A stretch of 37,346 bases of DNA from an uncultured Candidatus Saccharibacteria bacterium (GTDB lineage: Bacteria; Patescibacteriota; UBA1384; JAMDBS01; CAZXAY01), in assembly GCA_964638435.1 (NCBI GenBank), contig CAZXAY010000004.1, positions 1-37,346 on the forward strand, in the 5' to 3' direction. Numbering within the stretch: the first letter of the stretch is position 1; the number at the start of each line of letters is the position of its first letter. Position numbers and translations under genes: made by a program. Of this stretch, positions 25,156 to 33,282 are shown in pieces. Below the pieces are notes generated by a model, which saw nothing but the letters and a program-made list of their open reading frames with translations, was not told where the DNA came from and searched no databases.

Positions 25156-26790
25156 TTATTCCAACTTCCTAAGTGCTTCTTGCGGCTTCATTTTAGCTGA
25201 TTTAAATGCCGCAACTGTTCCCGAAACAAATGACCCAATAATTGCAGTAAGTACTCCTAATAGCATTATTATGTATGAATATTCCACATTCAACTTAACA
25301 CTTGTTGCAGTATTGTTCTGGGTAGTTTGAGCAAATCTGCGCATAAATCCTCCGCCACCTTCACCCGTGCTTTGATTAGCAAAATTAGCGCTAAAAGTAA
25401 TATTATAATGGTTAATTAAATATATCGCTAAAACTCCCAACCCAATACCGATTATCGCGCCAAAAATTCCTAAAACCAAATTTTCTAATATTATTTGGCG
25501 AGTAACTAGTCCATTACTCCAGCCTAGTGCTTTTAGGGTTCCGATTTCTCTAACTCTTTTATTAACAGATAATAATGTTAATAAACTGACTATAATGAAC
25601 GAAGCAAGAACAACTAATATACTTACCAAACCAATAAATTTATTAACTAAATTTGAGGCATTAACTAAACTACCAGAAACTTCTTTGGCGGTACTGGTAG
25701 CATCAGTTATTTTTGCCCCGGTAAATAAATTTGCTAGCGATTCACTAGTTTTACTTACCGAATTAGCGTTAGTCGATTTGACTAAAATGACATTAATTCT
25801 ATCGGATTTTCCTGCTAAGTTTTGCAAATCAACGATAGGCACATACATATCGGCCGTATTAGTATAAAGTTTTGGGTCAATAATACCAGTTACTATTAAC
25901 TCTTTTTTATTGATGCTAATTTTATCACCAACTTTAGTATTATTTTTGTCTGCATATGATTTATTAATTAATACTTGATCAACCTCACCATCAAAATATT
26001 TACCATCTGTAATTTGATCTGGAAGAATTAACCCAATATCAGTTTTTGTAGTATCAACTCCACCTACGGTAAAATTTGTAGTTTTAATGTCCGTTGAAAT
26101 TGATCCTACATCTTGAGTATAGGTTCGATTTGGTGTTCTAAATGTAGTACTCATCTCTGGTGCATATTCTTTTATGGCTGCATCCATAGCTGCCCTGCCT
26201 TCTTCTGATCTTGGGTCAAGCCCTTTAGCTCGTACTGCTTCTTGAGCTTGATCCATCGCCTCTCTAAATTTGCTACTTTGCTCACTCGTTATTTTTTGAC
26301 TAACCTCAAAATCTTCTCCACCAGTTTGAATTGTTGCCGTTACTTGTGGAATTTTTCCCTCTTGATGGGTTACATTTAAGATAAGACCTGTGGCATATTT
26401 TTTTACTAAACTCAGGTCAAGTTTTTTTGTATTTTCGTCAGAAGCAAAAGTCAGTAATGTTCCAGATAAAAAGCTATCATTAACAAATTGATCACCTGGG
26501 TTACCTAATTTTGATAAATCAGTTGAGATTCTGCTTTCACTCATTAATTCTGTTCTGGTAGCTTCATCTAAATCCATCATATTGCTGGTACTAACAGACC
26601 GAGTAACCATAATATCAGTACCAACATTTTGCAAAGGGTTCAAAACTTTGTCCTGAGCGCTAGATAAACTTTGCGAAACTGCAATAATAATGATAATTAT
26701 GGCGCTTGATAGTGCTAATCCTAGGGAAATTGTTAAGGTCTTTCCCAGCCTTCTACTAAGCTCAGCCCATAAATACTTTAAATAAAACAT
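25156..26790 (-). CDS. ABC transporter permease, FtsX/MacB type with a large extracytoplasmic domain
   Basis: It has an N-terminal TM segment, a long soluble domain and a C-terminal cluster of three TM segments. It lies directly upstream of the ATPase gene. Confidence 0.75.
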   Translation of the reverse strand: MFYLKYLWAELSRRLGKTLTISLGLALSSAIIIIIIAVSQSLSSAQDKVLNPLQNVGTDIMVTRSVSTSNMMDLDEATRTELMSESRISTDLSKLGNPGDQFVNDSFLSGTLLTFASDENTKKLDLSLVKKYATGLILNVTHQEGKIPQVTATIQTGGEDFEVSQKITSEQSSKFREAMDQAQEAVRAKGLDPRSEEGRAAMDAAIKEYAPEMSTTFRTPNRTYTQDVGSISTDIKTTNFTVGGVDTTKTDIGLILPDQITDGKYFDGEVDQVLINKSYADKNNTKVGDKISINKKELIVTGIIDPKLYTNTADMYVPIVDLQNLAGKSDRINVILVKSTNANSVSKTSESLANLFTGAKITDATSTAKEVSGSLVNASNLVNKFIGLVSILVVLASFIIVSLLTLLSVNKRVREIGTLKALGWSNGLVTRQIILENLVLGIFGAIIGIGLGVLAIYLINHYNITFSANFANQSTGEGGGGFMRRFAQTTQNNTATSVKLNVEYSYIIMLLGVLTAIIGSFVSGTVAAFKSAKMKPQEALRKLE

Positions 26791-26911
26791 GCAAATCCTG
26801 TGTTTGGTTAATTGATATTTCTATATTAGTTATTACAAAATTATTAAATAAATATTTCAAAAATCAGTCACAATAATTAAAATGTTAATAAAATAAATAT
26901 CAGTTATTAAA

Positions 26912-27016
26912 TAACTTTTACTTGCCCCGCATAATTTTATGCAAAGCGGGATTAACTACCATTAACTTATGTTAACTTTACTTGTCCCGCTAAGCTTTAT
27001 ACAAAGCGGGGTTAAC
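26912..27016. repeat. two 45-nt hairpin units (60-bp period) separated by 10-bp-phased TTAAC units
   Basis: Unit 1 is TAACTTTTACTTGCCCCGC-ATAATTTTATGCAAA-GCGGGATTAAC. Unit 2 is TTAACTTTACTTGTCCCGC-TAAGCTTTATACAAA-GCGGGGTTAAC. ATTAAC, ATTAAC and GTTAAC occur at 26951, 26961 and 26971. Confidence 0.8.
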
Positions 27017-27038
27017 CCGCCCGCCATCGCAAGACGAG

Positions 27039-28181
27039 TTAGCGAAACGTTGCGGGCGTGGCCTCCCCAATAATATCCATCACCATCAAGTCAAGTGCCA
27101 ATTTTGGTTCGATTTGACCTGTTTTCATTTTTACATCATAATCCAAAAGGGTTTTGTAAATTTCTTTAAGCCTCTCCATTGTATAATTTTTCGCCTGCCC
27201 CATCGTCTTTTCTGCTACAAAAGGATGGAGACCACTTTGTTTTAAAATTTCAGTTTTAAGATTTAAATTGTAGCTTTTAGCTTTTAGTTTTTCGCTTTTA
27301 GTTTTTTCATCAAGCAAATCTTTTATAATTAAAAGATTGCGAAACTGGTACACTACCATTGTATGAATATAAAGCTCGTTCATACCACTATCCAAAAGCT
27401 TATGTAATTCGCTCTGAGCACGTTTTATATTCTTTGCGCCTATTGCATCAATTAAGTCAAAAACATTAGCTGTAACGCGCGCTCTAACTAATAATTCTAC
27501 ATCCTTACTTTTTATCGTGTCATCCCGAACTTGCCTGTCTCGAGTATCCTCGAGAGAATTCGGGATCTCACTTGATTCTGAAATAAATTCAGAATGACAA
27601 TAAGTAGTAAGTTTGCGAATTTCATTCGATAACCGCCATAAATCATTCCCAACATATTCAATTAATTTATCAACTGCCATATTATCGATCAAACCACCGA
27701 GCAACTCAACCTCACCCATAATCCATTTTTTAAGTTCATATGGTTCAAGTAATTTAAATTCTTGTGACTGAGGCTTGCCCTCCGAAGCTTTTTTATCATC
27801 CGTAGCTTTAGCGTAGGATGAAGCGGAGGATGGGGGTTTATTTAATTTTTTAAATAATGCAGTTCTTCTATCAACCTTTTCTGATTCATAAATAACTAAA
27901 ACCGTAGTTTCGGGAATCTTAGGTAAAAACTCAATAAACTGCTCCTGTAACTTTTTTTTGCCATCACTTAATAGATTTTTTATTATAACTAACCTGGTTT
28001 TAGCCAAAAAAGGCATAGCAAGTACCATCCGCGTTATCTGCGTATAATCTAATTCCTTATCCGCACAATCCGCGACTGAAAGATTTGTATCTCCCAAACT
28101 TGCATCAATAAACCTAGCCTTAATTTGCGCTAGTTTTTGATGCGACCTATATGTATCCTCTCCAAAAAGAAACAATATCAT
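27039..28181 (-). CDS. holA: DNA polymerase III delta subunit, carrying in-frame palindromic insertions
   Basis: The N-terminus ILFLFGEDTYRSHQ fits holA, as does the overall layout (..NDLWRLSNEIRKL.., ..VFDLIDAI..). It has 380 aa, against about 330 typical (from memory). Confidence 0.75.
   Translation of the reverse strand: MILFLFGEDTYRSHQKLAQIKARFIDASLGDTNLSVADCADKELDYTQITRMVLAMPFLAKTRLVIIKNLLSDGKKKLQEQFIEFLPKIPETTVLVIYESEKVDRRTALFKKLNKPPSSASSYAKATDDKKASEGKPQSQEFKLLEPYELKKWIMGEVELLGGLIDNMAVDKLIEYVGNDLWRLSNEIRKLTTYCHSEFISESSEIPNSLEDTRDRQVRDDTIKSKDVELLVRARVTANVFDLIDAIGAKNIKRAQSELHKLLDSGMNELYIHTMVVYQFRNLLIIKDLLDEKTKSEKLKAKSYNLNLKTEILKQSGLHPFVAEKTMGQAKNYTMERLKEIYKTLLDYDVKMKTGQIEPKLALDLMVMDIIGEATPATFR
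27519..27598. repeat. short member (E3) of the nested-hairpin element family, inside holA
   Basis: GTCATCCCGAAC...TGTCTCGAG-tatc-CTCGAGAGA...TTCGGGAT...ATTCTGAA-ataaa-TTCAGAATGAC. The termini match the inner termini of E1 (GTCATCCTGAAC and CAGAATGACA). Confidence 0.7.
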
Positions 28182-28210
28182 AACTTTATCTTAACAAAAA
28201 TTTAATAAAA

Positions 28211-28245
28211 GAAAAGAAAAAGGACGGATTCTACCGAATCCGTCC
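28211..28245 (-). terminator. rho-independent terminator ending the small-protein operon
   Basis: On the minus strand, GGACGGATTC-ggta-GAATCCGTCC is followed by TTTTTCTTTTC. Confidence 0.8.
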
Positions 28246-28266
28246 GAGGTTAGTCCCTTTCGAATA

Positions 28267-28506
28267 TCACTTACTTTTTACGCCTACTTCAATAATCCTA
28301 CCGTAATCGTTCTTGTTGATAAAGGCGATATTTTCTTTTGGCACCTCAACGATGTTACCTGTACCACTATCCGAATTACTTTCATGACACCGCTGAAACT
28401 CGATCGTTTTAATCCTCTCAGTTGCAATAATACCTGTATTATAGCAACTTTTACTGGGGGTTAATCTGACGAGGTCGCCATCTTTCTGGATATCAATTCC
28501 TGCCAT
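28267..28506 (-). CDS. 79-aa soluble protein, unknown
   Basis: The start was set at ATG 28506 (MAGIDIQKDG), 7 nt after AAGGAGG. An alternative start is ATG 28557. The longer ORF overlaps the upstream gene. Confidence 0.6.
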   Translation of the reverse strand: MAGIDIQKDGDLVRLTPSKSCYNTGIIATERIKTIEFQRCHESNSDSGTGNIVEVPKENIAFINKNDYGRIIEVGVKSK

Positions 28507-28579
28507 TTTCAATCCTCCTTTCACTACAGATTTTCGTGCATTTCTGTCATAGGCCATCACCTCCTCGTTCTTATTTAGA

Positions 28580-28771
28580 CTAAGGTGATTTGGAGAATAT
28601 ATATTTGACTGCCTTGCCCAAAAAGGCAATGCCTGCTATAACCGCAATGATAATTGCCAATGGGATGGCGATTATCAGACTCAGTTTGCAGACAAAGAAA
28701 AACACAGGTATCAATACCAGGCACAAGAAAATTATCAAGCATCCGGTCAGAAAATCCTTGAATCTAAACAT
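28580..28771 (-). CDS. 63-aa two-TM membrane protein, unknown
   Basis: It has two hydrophobic helices. The RBS AAGGAG lies 7 nt upstream. Confidence 0.6.
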   Translation of the reverse strand: MFRFKDFLTGCLIIFLCLVLIPVFFFVCKLSLIIAIPLAIIIAVIAGIAFLGKAVKYIFSKSP

Positions 28772-28807
28772 CGTTAATCTCCTTTTCGGTTGTTGACAAT
28801 CAAATGT

Positions 28808-29398
28808 CTAACACATTCCTATCTCGCTATTGAATTTGATGATCTCGTTTCTCAAGCTCTCCGTTATGCCGAGAATTGATCGCTGGCTTTGTTCTGATCT
28901 AGTATTGAGTCTTACCAGAGCATTGACAAGCGCTATTTTACGTATCTCGTCCGAAAGATTAGTCTTACTCATGATGTTATCCACGAATTCCAGATATACA
29001 TCATAAAATCCGGCTATGACTATTTCGTTTACATGTGCGAGATGAAGTACCATACGATCAAAGGTTTCTGTTACCATTCCGATAGCTCTAACCTTTAGCT
29101 CATCCTTATATGCTATCACGTAAACACGGATATGACCGCCTAGACCTTCGATTAAGTTTTTCCGCGCCTCAATAGCTTTTATTTTTGATTCTTCGATGAC
29201 TCTGGCATAATCACGGTTACCAGCTGAAAACCACTGGTCAATCACCGATGGAGGTAATGGATGCCTCTCATTGATTTGATCCAATATGAGTAATATTTCA
29301 TCGAGTGAAAGTCCATTGAGTCGGCGACGGTTAGAAGAAACTTCCAAACCAATAGTCGTTTGAGTCGTAACCATTTCGATCGCAGTTTTGTTATCCAT
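28808..29398 (-). CDS. 196-aa protein, unknown
   Basis: It is an intact ORF whose start lies 1 nt after the upstream stop (TAA-A-ATG). No motif was recognised. Confidence 0.65.
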   Translation of the reverse strand: MDNKTAIEMVTTQTTIGLEVSSNRRRLNGLSLDEILLILDQINERHPLPPSVIDQWFSAGNRDYARVIEESKIKAIEARKNLIEGLGGHIRVYVIAYKDELKVRAIGMVTETFDRMVLHLAHVNEIVIAGFYDVYLEFVDNIMSKTNLSDEIRKIALVNALVRLNTRSEQSQRSILGITESLRNEIIKFNSEIGMC

Positions 29399-29399
29399 T

Positions 29400-29873
29400 T
29401 TACTTTACCTCCGCATGACCAAGATTTTTTAGCACTATCTCATCGATTTTATCAATAAGATGCTGTTTGGCTTCATCACTTAACTTTGATGACAAAACCT
29501 CCTTTTTTAGCAATTCTGCTCTATTTATTGTCTGCATATTGGTTTCATTCTGTAACTGGAATATCATATTTTCATTAGCTAGAGAATTAGAAACCAGTTG
29601 TGTGGTCAGATAAGCGCATAACGAAGGTGTTAATAGTTTAGCGTAATTTAAATGTGCCTCTGATGGTAGATTTGCGCTATAATTTAGATGTTTACTTAAC
29701 TCAAATAAATCACACCTGCTTGTTTTCTGAGTACAAATGGATTCGATGATAGCAAAAAAAGTATATCCCAGATATGTTGTACTTGCAGAGATTATTATTA
29801 CTATTACTATTGATAAACTTCTTTCTATAAATAATTCTCCAATAAAACAACTGATTAGATCTCCTATATTCAT
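29400..29873 (-). CDS. about 157-aa protein with one N-terminal TM segment, unknown
   Basis: The start was set at ATG 29873 (MNIGDLIS), 8 nt after GGAGGT. Confidence 0.6.
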   Translation of the reverse strand: MNIGDLISCFIGELFIERSLSIVIVIIISASTTYLGYTFFAIIESICTQKTSRCDLFELSKHLNYSANLPSEAHLNYAKLLTPSLCAYLTTQLVSNSLANENMIFQLQNETNMQTINRAELLKKEVLSSKLSDEAKQHLIDKIDEIVLKNLGHAEVK

Positions 29874-29972
29874 GTTAATGTACCTCCACAATCATCGTTC
29901 ATTTTAATTTTAACTTTTCAATTTCCGAAAAATAGGGACGATTTGGCGACAAACTAGAGAACTAGCTCATTA

Positions 29973-30242
29973 TCAGGTTGATTCGCCATATTTTTCTTTA
30001 AGATATTTTTGTTGTATCTTTTGATAAAATCGGGTTAAATCACATTTGTTAATATTTTTTTGATTAATCATTTGATTTAAAGTATCCAACATCTTGATTT
30101 CCTGCTTGGTGCAATAGTTATTCGTTAAGCATGGATGTTTTTTTATCCAATCTAAAAAGTCTTGATGATTTATCTCCTCATGAGTATATTCATTAATAAT
30201 TCTTAAGATATCTTTAGACAAATAATATAATCTAGCAGTCAT
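29973..30242 (-). CDS. 89-aa protein, unknown
   Basis: It is an intact ORF. It shares an upstream motif with the next gene. Confidence 0.5.
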   Translation of the reverse strand: MTARLYYLSKDILRIINEYTHEEINHQDFLDWIKKHPCLTNNYCTKQEIKMLDTLNQMINQKNINKCDLTRFYQKIQQKYLKEKYGEST

Positions 30243-30334
30243 ATATTTATAATAAAAAAATCCCTAGCGAAAACTAAGGAAAAATTTCCGACAAATTAGC
30301 TCTTTATTCGTTTATGTTAGCTATTTATTCGTGT

Positions 30335-32164
30335 TTAAAAAACTTTTTCTATAATTCTAATATCCAGCTCTGATGGCTCGAGCTTTAAGTAAAAATCAAC
30401 TAAATTGCCTGATAAGCTAAGAGGTAGTTCTTTTTTAGTTTTAGATTTGATAATTTTTTTGAGCGGTGAGATAATCTTGCTCTGCATCTCATTACGATCG
30501 TGATTATAAGCTGACTCGGGTAGGCTAGCGCTAGCTATATTCTTGCCAATATTTTCTAATAACACTTGCAAAACCTCGATTGTTGCCGAGGTACTATGCA
30601 ATTGTTTAGAAGTTAATTTTTCTCCTTTAATATAAATTTTTTCTTCAACCAAATCAATTAATAAATCTATATGGCTTTTCTCTTTTTCAAGCTTTTCTAA
30701 TGTACTAAGTTCAGATGCAAACCCTTCAAAATGATATTTTTTAAAACTCACACTACCCTGGGATATAAATTTTGATCTAATCCCTTCTTCAAGATGCTGT
30801 TCGATTTTTACCCCTTCCTCCTCAATCCCATCAAGCCATGAGGCATAATCTAACTTGATCTTTTTATCAAATCTACCTTGTAAATAATTAATTATTTCCG
30901 ATATTTTATCTCTTAATACCCATGAAGGAAATATAGCTAAAATATCTCCACCTCCGCCAGCACCTAATGGTTTAGCTACAATGGAATAATTAAATTCATC
31001 TTTGACTTTTCTCTCAAGCTCAACACACAGTTCGTTTGTTCTTATAATATCGTGTCGCAATAAAGGGAAAAAACGACTATATTTTTTAATTGTACTAATA
31101 ATTTGTTGTGCATCACCAGTTAAAGAAGTTTGGTAGAACCCCGCTATTACTTCTAAACTTATATATCCTAAAAATTGAATGTATTTTTCCCAAATTCGAA
31201 AATTATTCTCAATAAAATCTGTTTTATATAACGATTTATTAATAAATTTGTCGGTCATGTCACTTTTAATTTGTCGAAGAATTTGATTTACAAGATTGTT
31301 GGTATCTAATTCATAGTTATTTGTTGTTCTTTGCAATTCGTCAGAGCGATACTCTCGTCCAGTATAAATTAAACAATAATCAATAGAGTCAAGTGGATTT
31401 TTATCAATATTAAGCAAATCATTTAATCGCGAAAAATAGTAATCAATTTTATCTATACAATCATATTCCGGGTGGATGTTGGCAGGGATAGGCGTGTCAG
31501 AGTCGTTAAGTTGGCCAAAACGTTTTTCATGAAACTCAATCAAGGGATAACCATATTTAAGTAACGCCCAAGGAGTTGCATTTCCTGCACATCCACCATG
31601 GTAAATACTAAGTAATTTGTGCCCCAATTTAAGCAAATCAAAATATCTAGAATCTTTATAAAAATCATTTATTTTACCATCAGTTATCTTATCTATATCA
31701 TCAGACTTTAAATTCGAAAAATATAGGTTTATACCTACAGATAAGGCTGTTGCAAACCCAGGAGAAAAACCGCTACTTGATCCTGGCCTAACTTCACTAA
31801 TAATATGTATTGTAAATTTAGAGAGATTCTTAAATCTATTGTTAAATTTTTCTAAATATTCAAGAACTAATTCCGATGGAAAATACGCATTTTCATCAAA
31901 CTTAATAAAATTATTTGTATCTGGATCAAAATATAAACAATTACCATAACTATTTTTACTTTTTGATAATTCCAAACCGATAAATATCCTTAATGGGATA
32001 TGATTGGTGATTGCAATCCCACCTTGTTGACAGGTGTATTCACCAGCCCAAAGAATTTTCCCCGGGGCGCTCACCACAACCGGACATTTACTAAAAAAAT
32101 CCCCATACACTTGTGGGAAGTGCTTTTGTAGGGATTTCGAATTCATGGTGATACGATTATTCAT
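30335..32164 (-). CDS. GHMP-family kinase fused to a C-terminal OmpR/PhoB-type winged-helix-like domain
   Basis: GHMP motif 1 is VSAPGKILWAGEY, motif 2 is VRPGSSSGFSPGFATALSV and motif 3 is KPLGAGGGGDILAIF. The C-terminal IYIKGEKLTSKQLHSTSATIEVLQVLLEN...NEMQSKIISPLKKII...FYLKL follows the Trans_reg_C pattern. A GTG alternative start lies at 32173. Confidence 0.65.
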   Translation of the reverse strand: MNNRITMNSKSLQKHFPQVYGDFFSKCPVVVSAPGKILWAGEYTCQQGGIAITNHIPLRIFIGLELSKSKNSYGNCLYFDPDTNNFIKFDENAYFPSELVLEYLEKFNNRFKNLSKFTIHIISEVRPGSSSGFSPGFATALSVGINLYFSNLKSDDIDKITDGKINDFYKDSRYFDLLKLGHKLLSIYHGGCAGNATPWALLKYGYPLIEFHEKRFGQLNDSDTPIPANIHPEYDCIDKIDYYFSRLNDLLNIDKNPLDSIDYCLIYTGREYRSDELQRTTNNYELDTNNLVNQILRQIKSDMTDKFINKSLYKTDFIENNFRIWEKYIQFLGYISLEVIAGFYQTSLTGDAQQIISTIKKYSRFFPLLRHDIIRTNELCVELERKVKDEFNYSIVAKPLGAGGGGDILAIFPSWVLRDKISEIINYLQGRFDKKIKLDYASWLDGIEEEGVKIEQHLEEGIRSKFISQGSVSFKKYHFEGFASELSTLEKLEKEKSHIDLLIDLVEEKIYIKGEKLTSKQLHSTSATIEVLQVLLENIGKNIASASLPESAYNHDRNEMQSKIISPLKKIIKSKTKKELPLSLSGNLVDFYLKLEPSELDIRIIEKVF

Positions 32165-32327
32165 ATCACCCACAATTTATCACTTTTTCCAGCTAAAGTC
32201 AATCCCTTCTTTACTGTTAATTCTTTCCTGTTAATTATTGTTATAATTAAACCTAACCACTATAACAGCGATAGTGTTTATAGTGGTATTGTGGTTGTTG
32301 GAAAGTAATCAGCAGTAATCTGACAAA

Positions 32328-32585
32328 TTACTTTCCTATTATCTCCAGAGTACTTTTTACCGAGGCATTATCAGTATTAATATATTTAATATCTTTAGTA
32401 ATTGTTTTTAGGCCACTAATAAATTCATCTGCCCAAGAAGGAGCGAGTACTGCCACATCTGCAAAATCAAGTTCTAGCGGTTCCTGTTTATCAGATAAAA
32501 TATAAGCCTTGGTTACCAAAAAAGCTTCCCTACCAGCTGGACGAGAAATTAACATTTTACCAAATCTATCCATTTTTATTGTCAT
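32328..32585 (-). CDS. STAS-like (DUF4325-type) small protein
   Basis: ISRPAGREAF...LELDFADVAVLAPSWADEFISGL parallels the C-terminus of the 21820-22839 protein. Confidence 0.6.
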   Translation of the reverse strand: MTIKMDRFGKMLISRPAGREAFLVTKAYILSDKQEPLELDFADVAVLAPSWADEFISGLKTITKDIKYINTDNASVKSTLEIIGK

Positions 32586-32641
32586 ACAAATCTCCGATTT
32601 GTTTCCTACTAATTACAAATTAAACTAATTACGAATCATTT

Positions 32642-33226
32642 CTAAAAACAAATAGCTGCGATTGTTCCTTCGATATTTTCGTCGCTATTTTCAAAAACTA
32701 ACTTATAATCTGGCTTATCAATAATTACTTTAGCTTTTCCAGAATGAAACATTAATCCCCATCTATTTTCTTGCATAATTTTACTAACAAATTTTAAACC
32801 ATTACCACGCTTTTCAGGAGCTCTGCCAGAAATTGTTTGGGTAAAAGCTACATTAATTGCTTTTAAATCATCTGCAATTTGAGGTATAACTTTTTGAATA
32901 GTTTTTTTAATACCTTGCCCCCGATCAGCTAAAACAATAATCTTATTTTCAAAATCGTAATTAAAATAAATTCCCGGGATATCTCGCCAATTTCCTAAAT
33001 TGTGATCGTATGAATTGTTGCCAATTTCTCCTACAACAGCCGTTAAAAGTGATGAGATGTTTATATTATCAACATTTTTTTCTAAAATAATTCTAAATTT
33101 GTCCAATCTACCAAAAAAAACATCTCGATTATCACAATATTTATCGGGATTTATTTTTATTGGTTCATTTAATTCTGACACAAATTGATAAGCATTTTTA
33201 ATTATTATATTTTTTGTATCAATCAT
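32642..33226 (-). CDS. GHKL-type ATPase (RsbW/SpoIIAB-like serine kinase fold)
   Basis: Motifs seen are the N-box EIGNNSYDHN, G1 DRGQGI and G2 GNGLKFV. Confidence 0.65.
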   Translation of the reverse strand: MIDTKNIIIKNAYQFVSELNEPIKINPDKYCDNRDVFFGRLDKFRIILEKNVDNINISSLLTAVVGEIGNNSYDHNLGNWRDIPGIYFNYDFENKIIVLADRGQGIKKTIQKVIPQIADDLKAINVAFTQTISGRAPEKRGNGLKFVSKIMQENRWGLMFHSGKAKVIIDKPDYKLVFENSDENIEGTIAAICF

Positions 33227-33232
33227 AGCCCT

Positions 33233-33261
33233 ATTATACCCATTTCTCTTGACAAAAGCAA
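33233..33261 (-). promoter_or_regulatory. promoter TTGCTT-17-TATAAT, 6 nt before the ATG (leaderless-type)
   Basis: On the minus strand, TTGCTT lies at 33261-33256 and TATAAT at 33238-33233. The ATG is at 33226. Confidence 0.55.
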
Positions 33262-33282
33262 GAATTATGGTTTAGCAACTAG

